NCBI GenBank assembly: GCA_963693365.1
Contig: CAVNZM010000002.1
Span: 12,828,328-12,892,327, forward strand
From: Amoebidium appalachense
Lineage: Eukaryota > Protista > Ichthyosporea
Direction: 5' to 3'
DNA: 64,000 bases
Position numbers and translations under genes: made by a program. The notes below the pieces were generated by a model, which saw only the letters and a program-made list of their open reading frames with translations, was not told the DNA's origin and made no database searches. Below are positions 21,196 through 63,853 of this stretch, piece after piece. Numbering within the stretch: the first letter of the stretch is position 1; each line of letters begins with the position of its first letter.

Positions 21196-21247
21196 AATAT
21201 ATTTTACTTTTAGCAAAACCATTCTGCTTTTAGCCGAATATTCTGCA
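21060..21247. repeat. Array of ~20-bp-spaced GCAGAATAATTCTGC-type palindromic units
   Basis: About 7 units containing gcagaata/ttctgc, interrupted by a T-run. Confidence 0.7.
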
Positions 21248-21560
21248 AGTTTTCTCGGCTGTGCGATGTGGTTGGGCCCTTAGGGAGGGGGAGAGTTTGT
21301 GTGTTTCTCATATCATGAAGAATGATCACTAATTCACTACAATGTAACATATGCACAGGCGTGGTCTAGACAGCCGGGACAACCTTCTCCCCCTCCCTCC
21401 CCGTGCACGACTCGCTCGTTCCAAAGTACATGTTACTCGTATCATGATAATAATATCAGAACATACAGACAGCAGCAGTATGATTCGCATCGAGGAGAAA
21501 GGACTCGGAGGAGCCTCGGAGGGGGTCGACGGGGGAGGAGGGGAGAGGGGAGAGGAGGGG

Positions 21561-21603
<43 letters not shown>

Positions 21604-21637
21604 GGGGGGGAAGGAGAGGGAGAGGGGGGGGGGGGGG

Positions 21638-21683
<46 letters not shown>

Positions 21684-21702
21684 CAAGACAGAGAGAGATA
21701 CA

Positions 21703-21812
<110 letters not shown>

Positions 21813-21861
21813 TGTGTGTGTGTGTGTGTGAGTGAGAGAGGGAGGGGGGGGGGGGGGGGGG

Positions 21862-21947
21862 GATGGGGACGTGCAACTTGTGCAACTTCATTTTAACCCC
21901 GTTGTCCACTAGAATACTAGCTAGCTTAGCGCCGCCAACTGGGCAAG

Positions 21948-22020
<73 letters not shown>

Positions 22021-22112
22021 GGGGGGGATGGGGACGTGCAACTTGTGCAACTTCATTTTAACCCCGTTGTCCACTAGAATACTAGCTAGCTTAGCGCCGC
22101 CAACTGGGCAAG

Positions 22113-22115
<3 letters not shown>
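21862..22115. repeat. Direct tandem duplication of a ~90-bp unit bounded by G- and T-homopolymers
   Basis: gatggggacgtgcaact...gggcaagtc occurs at ~21862 and ~22027. Confidence 0.85.
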
Positions 22116-22152
<37 letters not shown>

Positions 22153-22154
22153 GA

Positions 22155-22195
<41 letters not shown>

Positions 22196-23100
22196 CTGGG
22201 CTCGTTCAACACTCAACTACTCATGATCGCAAAAGACTTTCCGTGCATGCCTACAACCTGTAGAATGATGTGTGCAAGGGCCCCAAGGCCTGACAATCAG
22301 CAGGGCTAAATATAGTATTCCTACCCTGCGGATCGACAGTCAACTCATTACGCTATGTTGATTGGCTTCTTTACATCCATTTAATCCAACCACTAATTCT
22401 ATAAAAGTCAATGTGATAATCTATTGGCTCTTTATCAGCGTGTTTATTGCACTAAAAGCATAAAGCTTTATTCGTGGTCGACGTCCTGAAGCGGCTCCGA
22501 TTCCTCCGAACTGCCGCATCCGTGTGCGTATACTATAGCCACCTGTAAGTCATTACTGAATGTTTTGTCATTGGAAAAGGTAATAAATAAAGATTTTTCA
22601 AATTTACTATATGTTTCCATTTATCTTATTTTGTAACCTATCGCTTTTGGGCAAAAATTAAACAGCATCAAACAGGCTCATTACATGGAGCTAACTAAAA
22701 TTGTGAACCCCGAAAAAGCATTCCGCAACAGTCCAGAGTCATTGGTCCAGGAAGCACCATGACATAATGCATAATGATAAAAAGAGGTTTACAACATTAA
22801 AACTTTTTAACACACTCTATATAATATATACAGACTTTGATTGGTTCAATACGCATAGATGAAGAGCCCGGTCTAAAAGCATGTGACCGCCTAACTTTAC
22901 CATATTAGGCGCCCATGATTTGTTTTTGTTCCGATGAAAAAGGCCGCCTTTTGGTTTCCGCTTCTCACTCCCTCACTTCCTCAGGCGCGCCGGCATTACT
23001 TTACCCTCTCCTTTTATAGAGTTGTGTGGAGGAAAGAGAAAAGAGAGAGCGAGCTTTGAATACCGAATAGATAAGTGGTGAAAAGGGCGGAAAAAAGAAA

Positions 23101-26659
<3,559 letters not shown>

Positions 26660-27220
26660 GAGATTTGAATAATTTGGTTAATAGAAAGGCCACATTTGTA
26701 GCCATAATAGGTAGCTAGTAGATCTGGATAAATGTAGCTAGCACGGAAGGGGTGCAGATAAACATACACTAGAGAGTGCGTACCCAAAAGTGGGATTTTC
26801 CTTTTTTGGCGGACCGTGTGCATTGCCAAAGCCGTAAGTAGCACAGGATAATTTTGCTGCTGTAGGCGATTTACAGTTAATCATTATAACTATTAAGCAA
26901 TGGGCAGGATAAACTCGAGGTAGATGGATATCAGTACCGGATACCCGGGGTAGATGGATATCAGTACCGGATACCCAGACGCTAATGACTTTGCTGGCTG
27001 GGATAGCCTAATCCTAAATATCTATGTTTGGGCGTTCCAAAACGCTGGCGATCCGCAAAGAGAGAGCTCAAGTGGTTTGAGGCAGCATTGTGATGCACGA
27101 TTGTAATGATCCGTAGGGATCTATGTAATACACAGCAGTGAGTCAAAATGGAGGTGTGTGTTCGTGTGCTCCTATGACTCTTCTAATGCAGCCTTCGTAA
27201 TCGTGTCGCTACTTCATTGC

Positions 27221-27267
<47 letters not shown>

Positions 27268-27817
27268 ATACCACATTCATTTTGCAAAGTCAAATCCAAT
27301 ACTGCTTCACTGGAAGCCATGCCAGTGGATCACCCGCCCTGATCTGTTAAAAAAGGGACCGGGACCCCGGCGGAGCGGGCGGCCAGGGGATATTGTATCG
27401 GTATATATGGATGTGCAAACTAGGACACCTAGTAGCCCATTCAACTCTCCAAGGAAAAAACCAACAAACAAAAACCCTGAAAAGTATCTTACCGGGGGCT
27501 CCGGGACGAGCTGGGAGGGGTTTAGGTGGGGAGAAGGCTGCTTTACACACCACACCTGCAAAACAATTGACGAAAAAGAACGACGTGTGCAAACGTGGTC
27601 GAATTTAAACTATTCTTTATTGTTGTTCGTTTTGTACACACACACACAAACACAGGCAGGCCCGCTGCCACCCCAACCTAACCACGTTTGCACACAACAC
27701 ACGAAAAATTATGTACACACGTTGCTCTTTTTTTCGGCAATTCCATTTTTTGGTGAATTCCTTTTTATGCCAATTCCTTGTTTGGCAACTGGTGTTGGTG
27801 TTGGCCCGTGCTTGGGC

Positions 27818-46903
<19,086 letters not shown>

Positions 46904-47602
46904 CTTTATTGTTTCCAGGAACTGTGGGAAATCTGAGGTACACCTGCAACAATGTAATCAGTAAACTTTGTGCTTTGAGGGGCGGGGAGAGGGGCCGGGG
47001 GGGGGGGGGGGGGGGTAAGGGTGCGATGACACGTGCATAAAAACATTTCACAAAACCTAGATTTTTTTTTGTGCTTGCTTTGGTCCTTTCCAGGAAAGGG
47101 TTGACCTCAGATTCTAGAAGCCACCAGGCAGGATCGCGATAGAAACGGTGTGGTAGAATAGGATGAGAGCAAGAAAGGGACAAAAAGAGATCTGGGAGGA
47201 TCGGAGTGTGCGATCCTTCTGTCCTTTTCTTCTGCTGTGTGAACGTGTTTGTGCATATATTACGCTGGTGGCTAGAGGAGGAAGCTGAACCATGGGTATG
47301 GAGCCGTGGCGCTTTACAAGACCACCACCCCGGCAGAAACAGGGCTAAGGAACAGGGAAAGGAAGGAGAAGAGCGTCCGGGGAGGGGGGGGGGGGGGGGG
47401 GGGGGAGGTGGGAAGGAGGTGGGGAGAAGCAAACGTTTTGTGAAGGGGGAGATGGGCGGCACGAGAAGGGGCGGCGGCGGCGGTGGGGAGGGGAGGGAGA
47501 AAGGGGGGGGGGGGGGGGGGGGGGGGAGGGGGGGGAGGCAACAGAGAAAAAAGGAAACAGTGGGCGAGAACATTGAAATCAAAGAATTTTTCACGGGCTT
47601 AC

Positions 47603-47716
47603 CGTTGAGGCGAGAATTTGGAAAACGGTGTCAAGCCTGCTGTGTTGTGAACAGCGATCCCGTTTTATATGAAGGTTTTGGGGCAGAGACAGTCCCGAAA
47701 AACGCTGTGATTGGCT
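47603..47716 (-). promoter_or_regulatory. eIF4G2 promoter and non-coding first exon (TATA ATATAAAA 47670-47663, CCAAT ~47712, donor GTAAGC at 47602)
   Basis: TATA and CCAAT motifs lie upstream of a short AUG-free exon that ends in a consensus donor. Confidence 0.6.
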
Positions 47717-48519
47717 GGAGCGATGCATGCTGTCCGCCAGAGGTGCAAACATATCCTATTGTTTTTTAGAATTTCATCACGGTGTTTACACGTATTGTAG
47801 GTACACGGGTTGTAAGCGTTTATGGGAGCTGAAGATTAAGAGACTCTCGTCGACGTCGTTCGCTGTATTAGACGTGTTATAGCATTTCTGATTTCTGCAT
47901 GAGGTAATGTACGGCGTACGCGCGGCAACTTGTCGCGCGGCATCTATCGGATGTTTATGATATAATATTATGTGGCAGAAAACCAGCAACTTCGCACGTT
48001 GCATATATTCTTGTTTTGTGGGAAAACTCTGCACATACTGGATAATAGCCTATATGTATCCGTGATTATGTAAAAGCACAAAACCAATTTTAAATATTAT
48101 TGAAGTTTTAACGTTTCAGAATAGATTTGATTGGTTAAAAACTTTTTGATAAGTGTAGCCATTCACCGACCGTCACCGACAGCAACGGGGGGATCATCAT
48201 TTATTCAGTAGACTGCCGCTACTTTGTGGATCTTCTATTCAAAAATCAATCAATTTTTTTACTTCGCTCAAACTCCCGAGGTTGGCAGCCATAGGGCCGT
48301 CACCCACGCAAACGTTTCGTGTGCAACCGACATGGCTAGCTACATAAAGCCTTCACGTTCGCTTCGACTCCCACACACTGTCATACTGTAGCTGTGAAGC
48401 ACAATACTTGCGAAATTTTGTCTCTTTAGCTGCAGCTTTATGTTTAAGTTTTCCAAAAAAAATTTGGGCTGATCTTTGAGTGAATCACACACCCACATTC
48501 ACAACACTCGCATTAGACC

Positions 48520-48822
48520 ATGGTGTCGAAGGTTTACTGCCTGCTTTGGGCGTTTCAGAATAGAAACCCGCCTGCTTTCTTCCCAACTCACTCTCTGGTC
48601 ATAGAATAGGCATTGACGTGTCAACCGTTATATACAACGTGATCGCTCAGTCCACCTTTTCCCAACACGTTGCAAAACTCAACCACGACAACATTAACAT
48701 GCCATCCAAAACATGGGCAAACATCACAAACTCCATTTTGGAAAAGATTAGTTCATACGTTTCAGAGCTCAACTGTATTCCGGTGTGCGTTTTTGATGGA
48801 GAACCGGCACCCACTAAAGAAC
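48520..48822 (+). pseudogene. Decayed XPG/FEN1/EXO1-family nuclease N-terminal (PIN) fragment
   Basis: M(G)VEGLLPALG..*..LSGHRIGIDVSTVIY...CIPVCVFDGEPAPTKE matches the XPG-N pattern MGIxGL...AIDxS...PVFVFDG..P..K. It has a frameshift after the ATG and an in-frame TAG, and is truncated by a C-run. Confidence 0.7.
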
Positions 48823-48826
48823 CCCC

Positions 48827-48857
<31 letters not shown>

Positions 48858-48862
48858 ACCGT

Positions 48863-48902
<40 letters not shown>

Positions 48903-48928
48903 GCACGCACGCACGCACGCACGCACAC

Positions 48929-48960
<32 letters not shown>

Positions 48961-49200
48961 CACACAAACACACACACACACATACTTACATGAGCTCAGG
49001 ATTTAATCACTCTCTTACCCATTTTAGCAACACATCCCCTTCCTTCCTTCCCCAATCTGTCCCACTTTCAGCCTCCCCCCCCCCCCCCCCCGGCCCATGA
49101 TGCCCCCTCCCCCCACATTGATCCTTTCCCCCCCCCCCCCATCCCCCACTTCACTGAAGGCTAACAGCACGGCATAACCCATCCTCTCCCCTCCCCCGGG

Positions 49201-49346
<146 letters not shown>

Positions 49347-49355
49347 CGAGAGAGC

Positions 49356-49456
<101 letters not shown>

Positions 49457-49644
49457 TTTCATAATTTTGTTTCTGAGATTCTTTCTCTTCCATCCCCTCC
49501 CCCCCCCCCCCCCCCTCCCTCCCCCCTCCCCCCACACACCCATCCATGCAAAGAGGAAAAAGAAAGACTGAGTGGCAGGGGAGACCGAAGGGTAGGGGAG
49601 GGGCGGGGCGGGGGGGGGGGGGGGGGGGGGAGGGGCAACTGCAT

Positions 49645-51072
49645 TCAATGAACCTCGAACCCATGCCAATACGTGCTCTTTATTTTTTTTGCCTCCTCCA
49701 CCACCAGCGGCCGCTGGAAATTGGTGAGGAAGGCACAGACCAAGAACACAGAGCGAGCAATTTTAAATTGCGTCACGGGGATGGGGGCATTTAGCCACTT
49801 ATAGCTCTTGATTCTAGCTATTGCCCTTTCTGCGTGAATGCGGAGGGAGGCAATACTGCGGCCTTCAGCTGCCTGCTTCCCCGTAAACTGCCTAATACCA
49901 TCCCTTTTGAAGGGGGGCTGGAAACAGTGTAGGCCTGCCATTTCACACTGTTCCCTAATATGCACACCTTTATCTATCATTTTGCCCATGCCCTTAAGTA
50001 CCTTAGCAATAACACGCGCATTCTGGCACATTATCTTATCGGATGCACCACCCCCATTGGCACCCTCCACTAAGCCCACACGCAGTGAGGGCAAAACTCC
50101 CACAAGCCACTTTAAAGTATGCCGTTGCTTATAATCACTCCACATGAGAGACGCGAGGTGTGCGTCTGAAGAGATCTCACCAATGATCTCTGTAGCATCT
50201 AGAATGATACCGGTTTCCTTATACTGGGGATTGTCCTTAAAGAGCTTGTGTGCATCTGCTTCTAATTCTTCCTTCGAAGAAAGGTCAGGAAACAAGAACT
50301 GCACCACCCCAACCAAAAACATAACCCGTGCACGAAATATGGTGCTTACTGTTGCTTCACTTACACCGAACAGGTAGCCCATGTGCTCCTGTGGGAATCC
50401 CTGCCTCATATACACCAGCGTAAGTAGAATCTCGTTGTCCCAACTGAATTTTCGAGCTGGACCGTTGTGTGCCTTTGGCTTCCCCTCCATGTTCAGGTTT
50501 GCCCCGCCCACCAGCTCAAATACTTCCAAAAACAACGACAAAACGGTCGAGTTGGGAAACCCTGTGTACGTGCTTACTAACTTATCGTTGTTCTTGATCA
50601 TGTCTATGGACATGCGCGTGATTTTTTCCTTCTTTATCGAAAGTAGCTCGTTCTGTAGTTCCAGGTTTTGTTTCAAACTAGCTGTCGTTTCTTTCGCACA
50701 CTTTTCCGCCTCTGCTTTCATTTGGTCCACTTTGCCTAACGCCTTACTTAGCTGCGCAGCCAAAACCTTATTCCCTGCGAGCACACTCTTTGCCCACGCA
50801 TCTGCTGCAGACAACTTTTCGTCCCTTTCCTCGATTTGTTTGCTCTTCTCGGCTAGCTCCGCCTCTAGCCTGCGCAACTCGGCGTTTTTCTCGTCCAACA
50901 TAGCCTCGAGTTGTTCGATTGTGCGCGGGAGGGGCGGTTCCTGTTCCTCCTGTGCGTTTTGGATCTCATCTCTTGCTCGTTTTGCAGCTCTCTCTTTGCG
51001 TTCTGTGTCTAGTTTTCTTTTACGCCCAGCCTCATCCTTGTTATATCCGGGTATTTCGACACCCTCAGGCAC
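49645..51072 (-). mobile_element. PIF/Harbinger-ISL2EU-type DDE transposase (coiled coil + HTH_Tnp_4-like + DDE_Tnp_4-like), intronless
   Basis: YTGFPN, EILLTLVYMRQGFPQEHMGYLFGVSEATVSTIF (HTH), IILDATEI (D), WSDYKQRHTLKWLVG, GGGASD, MIDKG (D), RIHAERAIARIKSYK (E). True start is uncertain; no TIRs recognised. Confidence 0.88.
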
Positions 51073-51651
51073 CGCTAGGCGTCCGTTGCTTACACCATTT
51101 TTTCGCTACGCACTGTGCAGGCCCGCGTAGGGCCGTTAGCCGGCAGCACATCTTGCACCTAAGCAAAAATGTGCGTGAGCTAACAAACAATTGTTGTATG
51201 TAATATACTTTTTTTGCAAAAACCCTCTTTTTTTCCTTCTAAGGGTTGGTGGAAAAGTGGTACGTTGCTGCACGTGTTACGCGTTGGTTGGGAAAGTTTC
51301 CCGCCAAAACCCATGCATGGACGGGCTAGGCCCTATGGGTCATGATCCTGATTCCACAAATCGGCCTAAGTGGTCCATAGCTGACTGCCGCCTACATAGC
51401 ACACCTTGGTACGTTCCCATATCAAGGCCTCCTAATCTGTTAGTAGGAGACCTCGTCCCATATGGGGTCTCAACTAGGCATTTCTTTTCCGTTAATATTT
51501 CTCAGGCCACCACCACAGCATAATCCATGACCACCATGGCCAGTTCGTCTTTTCATATGATCAAGTTTATGATCAGGTGATCACCTCGCTTGCAATTGCA
51601 AAATTGTCCTGTAGGAAGGGCCCCGGGAAACGTGTGTGTGTGTGTGTGTGT

Positions 51652-51682
<31 letters not shown>

Positions 51683-52272
51683 AAGGGTAATCGCTACATA
51701 AACACCAAAGGGCCAGGGTCAACAAACATTACAGGGGACATTTGACCATCAGGTCCCTTGCCTATAGTCAGCCTGTCCACACCAAAGACAACGAATCATC
51801 TTCGTGGTATCTTTACTTTCTATTTTTTAGAACTTACAGCGTAAAACTCCTCGTATGCATATAGATGAGGAGTCTTGCACCTAATATATCCGAATCTAAA
51901 AAAAGAGGATGGAATGGTCCATTCCCCAAGACTTAGTCAATAAACCGACTGCCTGCTTGTGCGGTTTACATGGACAAGTGGTTCGAGGTCTTTAACAACA
52001 CTGAAGCAATAGACTCTGGTGGATAATCATAGCATGCGCATAACCTGGCAGGGCCGAACCGGATTGATGTACTTGAGCTACGTCACAATTTAAAAAAAAA
52101 AGAAAAAATAAAAGAAAAGAAACAAACAAACAAAAAAAAAACTAACCGCAATACCATTTACAAGTGCGTAGCCAATAAAATAGTATTACATACCTACCAG
52201 AAACGGAATAAAGACTTCCGTTTCGTGCGAATAGGAGCAGTTGTGTATTCATGTTTTTTCTTCAGGGGGCCC

Positions 52273-58960
<6,688 letters not shown>

Positions 58961-59227
58961 CTTGATGTTTCCTAAGACAAATAAAAACTGGGTTTTGAGG
59001 TACCTCGACGGTTACGAATCACACTGTGTAGGAGTTCTTACAAGTTCGAACGAACAAAGCGCAAGCTCTTAAAAATACTTAATTAATAGCGGAGATATAT
59101 GGTTCCGTTTATAAGTTCAAACACATGCCTGCTAGCCTAACCACAAAGATAAACACAAGATATATGTCTTTGAAAGTTTCAAAGTGACAGCAAGGCCTTC
59201 TACAATAGGATCCTGACGGCCTTGAGT

Positions 59228-59495
59228 GGGCGACTATACCGTACCCAAATACCAAAACCCAAACCCAGATTTTAAACCCAGATGTCACGCATGCGGCATG
59301 ACCGCCGCCTCGCACCACGCCTATGAAAAAACAAAGAATATATACTATAATAAGGCATTATAAAACGTACAAATATTAATGTTACTTAATAAGATAATAT
59401 TTTTAGGCCTAAATTATACCAGAAATATGCTTAACATCTTAGTTCTTGGTGTTTTCTTGCTTCATCTTGTCGCTGAAGGTTTGGGAATCTGGAAG

Positions 59496-59532
<37 letters not shown>

Positions 59533-60546
59533 TAGATTCCTATCCCAAACCCAGAGTTGAACCGTGAAACCCAAATTACCTGGACTTCACTTTTGTAGCT
59601 GTCACGTCAACTTTTTTTCCTGATTCTTCACCATGGCAGGTGTATAAAGGCTTTCGTTTTTTCTTTTTGTGGTGGGAAGGGGTCCCACTCAGGGGAACGT
59701 GACACTGTGTGTGTGTAGTGCGGCCTTGTCTATTCTAGTACTGCTGTGAGAGTGTGGGGACATCTCCCTTCCGCGGAGTTTCTCGCTTGAGGAGTGGTTT
59801 CTTCGACATCGATCTGGTGGCCCACTGCAACTTACGGTGACTTCTACACGCTATCTACGCTTCTGTTACGCGAGCTATTGGCGGTTGGCTGCTGCAACTT
59901 TGCGGGCTTTCTAGGGGACGGGCCCGTGCCACTGGGGATTGTTTTCTCGCTCGGATTTGGTCTGGATTGCTCTTTAAAGGGCTGACTTGCTTGCTGTGCC
60001 CCGGTAGGTTTTGAGGGGCCTGTTGGGGGTGTACAGGGGGGGCAGCAGTAATGATGTCTTCTTGCGGAGTGTGGCCTGGTCATCATCGCTGCATATGACT
60101 AGTTGGAGCAAACTAGTTTCACGCATACACGTGCACTTGTACCTTTGCCCGCTGGTGTCCTTTGGTCACTTGTTGTTTTATTTTTTATTTCATCGCTGTT
60201 GTGGCATGGCTCTTTCGGAGTCGGTTATTTTGATGGTCATGTAGCCTGTGGCTGCACGTTGCCTTCATATCCACTGGACAACTGATCAATAAATCCCAGT
60301 CAAGAGAAAAAATTACCTCAATAAATCCCAGTCAAGAGAAAAAATTACCTGCTTTATTTGGAAAAGATGTGCTATCAAAGAGGCGCTTTTCTTATAAGAT
60401 TCAGGTGCTCAATGGTGGTCTATGGCATATCCGACCACGCGATGATTGGTAGCAGATTGAAACACTATCCAATCGACCGTCGATACTAATATTAAATCTA
60501 GGAATCTGGGTTTAGGCTTGGGTATCTGGGTGAGGTATAGTCGCCC
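59228..60546. mobile_element. Non-autonomous TIR DNA transposon (~1.3 kb), ~45-bp imperfect TIRs, 3-bp AGT target duplication
   Basis: Left GGGCGACTATACCgtacccaaatacc-aaaacccaaacccagatt; right (revcomp) GGGCGACTATACCtcacccagatacccaagcctaaacccagatt; AGT on both flanks (59225-59227, 60547-60549). Confidence 0.75.
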
Positions 60547-61234
60547 AGTCTACAGTAAATTTTTTCAGCTAAGTGTCAGCCTAAATGGCTCACCATATAC
60601 AAATCTCACCTTATGTCGAGATCTTATGTTGAAGCTCCGATCGGCTATCATGGTGTTTGCCGATCTTTGCATTTCATAGACGCCCGGAACGATTTTCTTA
60701 GAGTTTCGTTTGGTATTGGGCACTTGACAAGGTCACCACGTCGACTGAGGCTTCCTCCTGGAGTCGGTCCTCATAGTATGTGAAACTGGGCTTCAGCACA
60801 TGTTGCTGTTTCCTCTGGCTTATCTCATTAGTTGAGAAAACCTAGGTTCGATCTTACAAAATGACAAGGTCACTTGAAAGCAGCCAATATGATAAATCTG
60901 GCGGGATATCAAGTGGACGATCGTTCAGTTCTCATCAAGCTCTAAGCTACCTGTAAACGCCGTTATGCACGAGCGTGCTGTTATTGATCCCCATTGAAAG
61001 AACTCTTCAACTCTATTCACTACCATAGTACGTGTCGGGCTTGACTGCGTACATGTTGCTCTCCAAACTGAATATCCGTGTCACAACTTGCCAACTTATC
61101 CGCTATGCGGCGGGTACTGGGAGGGGTTTCAAAACTATGATTAGCACCCTCGTTTTGAAACTATTACATTCGTACTTATGTGCATATTTGCCTCCCGCAG
61201 GGGATTCCCGGGCGAAGGGGAGAAGGAGGGGGCA

Positions 61235-61278
<44 letters not shown>

Positions 61279-62247
61279 AATGAAACACCGTAAAACAGAA
61301 TACACCCCCAAGCCACACGCCTACCTACTCTTAGCCCCTTTTCCCCTTCCATACACCCCCGCCCTCCCTCCTCCCACACACACATACACACAAAACCCAC
61401 CCACCCACTATCAGAAAAAAATAAAAATAAAAAAAAAGCCGGAACGGGAGTGCACACTTTTAAAACTTTTATACAATGTGACTTGCAAGCTCCTGGGATC
61501 GCAGACTCCCTGCTGAACCGGTGTGTATGCTTTCACTCAAAAACAAAACAGTGCAGAGAATATAGTGTTTTTCTGTGTTTACAAACGAAGGACATGGGCA
61601 TGTGGGCCTGAAGACACGTGGGGTGCCCTGGTGCCCAACTGCCCTTACCCATGGCCAGCCGTGCACGGCCCGTTTCGTCGCACGGATGCAAAGGCGGCTG
61701 CCGGCGCGCCAAAAATTCAAGACCTTATGGATGATTGGCTGATGCTTCATACAGCTGAGGTGGGTAAATTTCTCACCGCTTGCTTCGATAGACACACACT
61801 TGCATTACTTTCTTTCGATATTCAGTGTTTACTTGAAACATGCGCAATGGCAGAATAATTTTGAATACTCTTTCTGATGCTGAAACTTTTATAAAAAACA
61901 TGCTTCACATTTGTATATATTTTTTGGCTATTTATCTTAGTCTATGTATTTAACTGATGATCCTTTTCTGGTTTCTACAGTGCAGCACAATTTACACCGC
62001 TCTTGTACAATCACTCTTTAAATTTGAAAGATGCGCGCATTCAATGCCACAGCCAGGCTGGGGGGGTATAAAAGCGGAGTCCTCGAGTTTCCATGTTGCA
62101 GAATACGAAGTCAAAGGTAGCTCTTGGTGAACCTCGTATGCTCAAGAGTCAAAAAATATTGTAGAGTACTTTAATATACTCTCGTACACCTATCTTTAGA
62201 CTCACATCTTCTAGTCTTAGCAAAACGTGATTCCTTCCTCGTTCACC

Positions 62248-63853
62248 ATGGCCTTTGCTATCTCGAGCGAGTTCGACCCTGCCTCGGCTGCAGCTGGGGG
62301 TGCCCTTATAGGTGAGATCCCTCGACCATCACAGTTGTGCCAAACAGCATGCGCGTAATAACCAGAAGAAAAAAATAGCATTATAGTGTTTTGTCTCCCA
62401 CCCGATCGATGGATCTACTTTTCATCCTCCGGTTCTAATCTCCTACCCTCCCCATTTGGGTTCTTGTTTTTGAAGTCGTGGCCGGTGTTGTGTCCATCCT
62501 CACAGCCCATCCTATACAGTCAACTGTAATCTTTTCTGAGTTTATTTTTCTGCTATTTGGAGAACAATGCTCAAAAGTTTTTTTTTCACGCATTATCCCT
62601 GCCAGGATCACCATTTCACCACACGGGAAGCTCTTTGTTTGCTCGCAATCCGTTATTCACCTCGCTCATTTCTGTGGTTTTCATTAACGAATCCCCGTAT
62701 GTTTTTCCTGCAGCATTATCCACGAGCCTTATGCTCTACCTGACGGGGCGCGTGACTGGAATTTCTGGTATTGTCAATGGGGCGCTTGCGGGGGCTAAGG
62801 ATGCAGAGTGGAGATGGGTATGCCCCCCCCCCCCCCCCCCCCTTTTTTTTTTCTCTCCCTAATCCCCTTTGCGATCCTTTCCGACCCCTCCCCCCCCCCC
62901 CCCCCCTCCCCTCTTCCCCGTTTCTTTTTTTTGCTCCTTATAAAACTGAAATCTTCTGCCTACCAAGCACACCCGTGTCCTTTTTTATCTGCCCCTCACC
63001 TATTCATATGCAAAAACGAGGAGTCACTCTTTGGTGCTTGGTGTGGGAGCAGGGGAGCAGCAGTGTGAAATAAGGTGATCTTTTATGAATATTCAAAATG
63101 TTCATATGCAAAAACGAGGAGTCACTCTTTGGTGCTTGGTGTGGGAGCAGGGGAGCAGCAGTGTGAAATAAGGTGATCTTTTATGAATATTCAAAATGAA
63201 GCGAGGTACTAGCACATTGTATTAGCTAGGCCACCTACTTACTCTTCCTATTGGTATTTCTTTAATAATAATAATAATTATTCAGGCCTAGGCTCGAGTT
63301 CCCGTTCTAAATACATAGAGAAAATGCCAGTGTTGCCTACGTCGATTAGCTCTGACCCTTATTTATAAACACCACAGGCATTTATTGCAAGTTTCTGGTT
63401 GGGCGGCAGCATCATTTCCCGCTTGTACCCGAAGGAGCTCGGACCTATCACAGTCAACCTATGGGCCACAGTTATCGCCGGCTTCATGGTTGGTTTCGGC
63501 ACCCAAATGGGCAGCGGTTGCACGTCGGGGCACGGCGTCTGCGGGATTCCGCGGCTTTCCAGAAGATCCATCATCGCCGTTATCGCGTTTATGCTTTCTG
63601 GAATGGTCACCCGAGGTTTCATTGCAAACAGTGAATACCTGTACGGGCTGGTTCACGACGGGCCGAAAGTGCAAGACGTAGTTCCATCGTTCCTTTTCAG
63701 CAACGTGCTGATTTATGAGGCGGCCGCGGGGCTCGCTCTAATTTATGCCGTGCGGAATGTGCTGGCAAAGAAAAGCACCGAGACTATGCGGACGGTGGTG
63801 ACATCACTTGTCGTTGGCTTGTTGTTTACTTTTGGACTCGGGCTCAGCGGAAT
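62248..63853 (+). CDS. YeeE/YedE-family (thiosulfate/sulfur) transporter, 5' part; exons 62248-62311, 62714-62817, 63378-63853, continues beyond window
   Basis: AAAGGALIALSTSLMLYLTGRVTGISGI, GFMVGFGTQMGSGCTSGHGVCGIPRLSRRSIIAV, then LLFTFGLGLSGM (start of a second module). TATA at ~62067. Confidence 0.88.
63003..63197. repeat. ~98-bp perfect tandem duplication within an intron
   Basis: ttcatatgcaaaaacgaggag...tattcaaaatg occurs twice. Confidence 0.9.

Noticed and set aside
26918-26976. Short direct repeats (also 42289-42332, 60285-60348) as CRISPR-like arrays
   Set aside because: Only two adjacent copies without unique spacers; ordinary tandem duplications.
61590-61759. GC-rich exon-like segment (…KIQDLMDDWLMLHTAE|gt)
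   Set aside because: No partner exons or recognisable family; cannot support a gene call.
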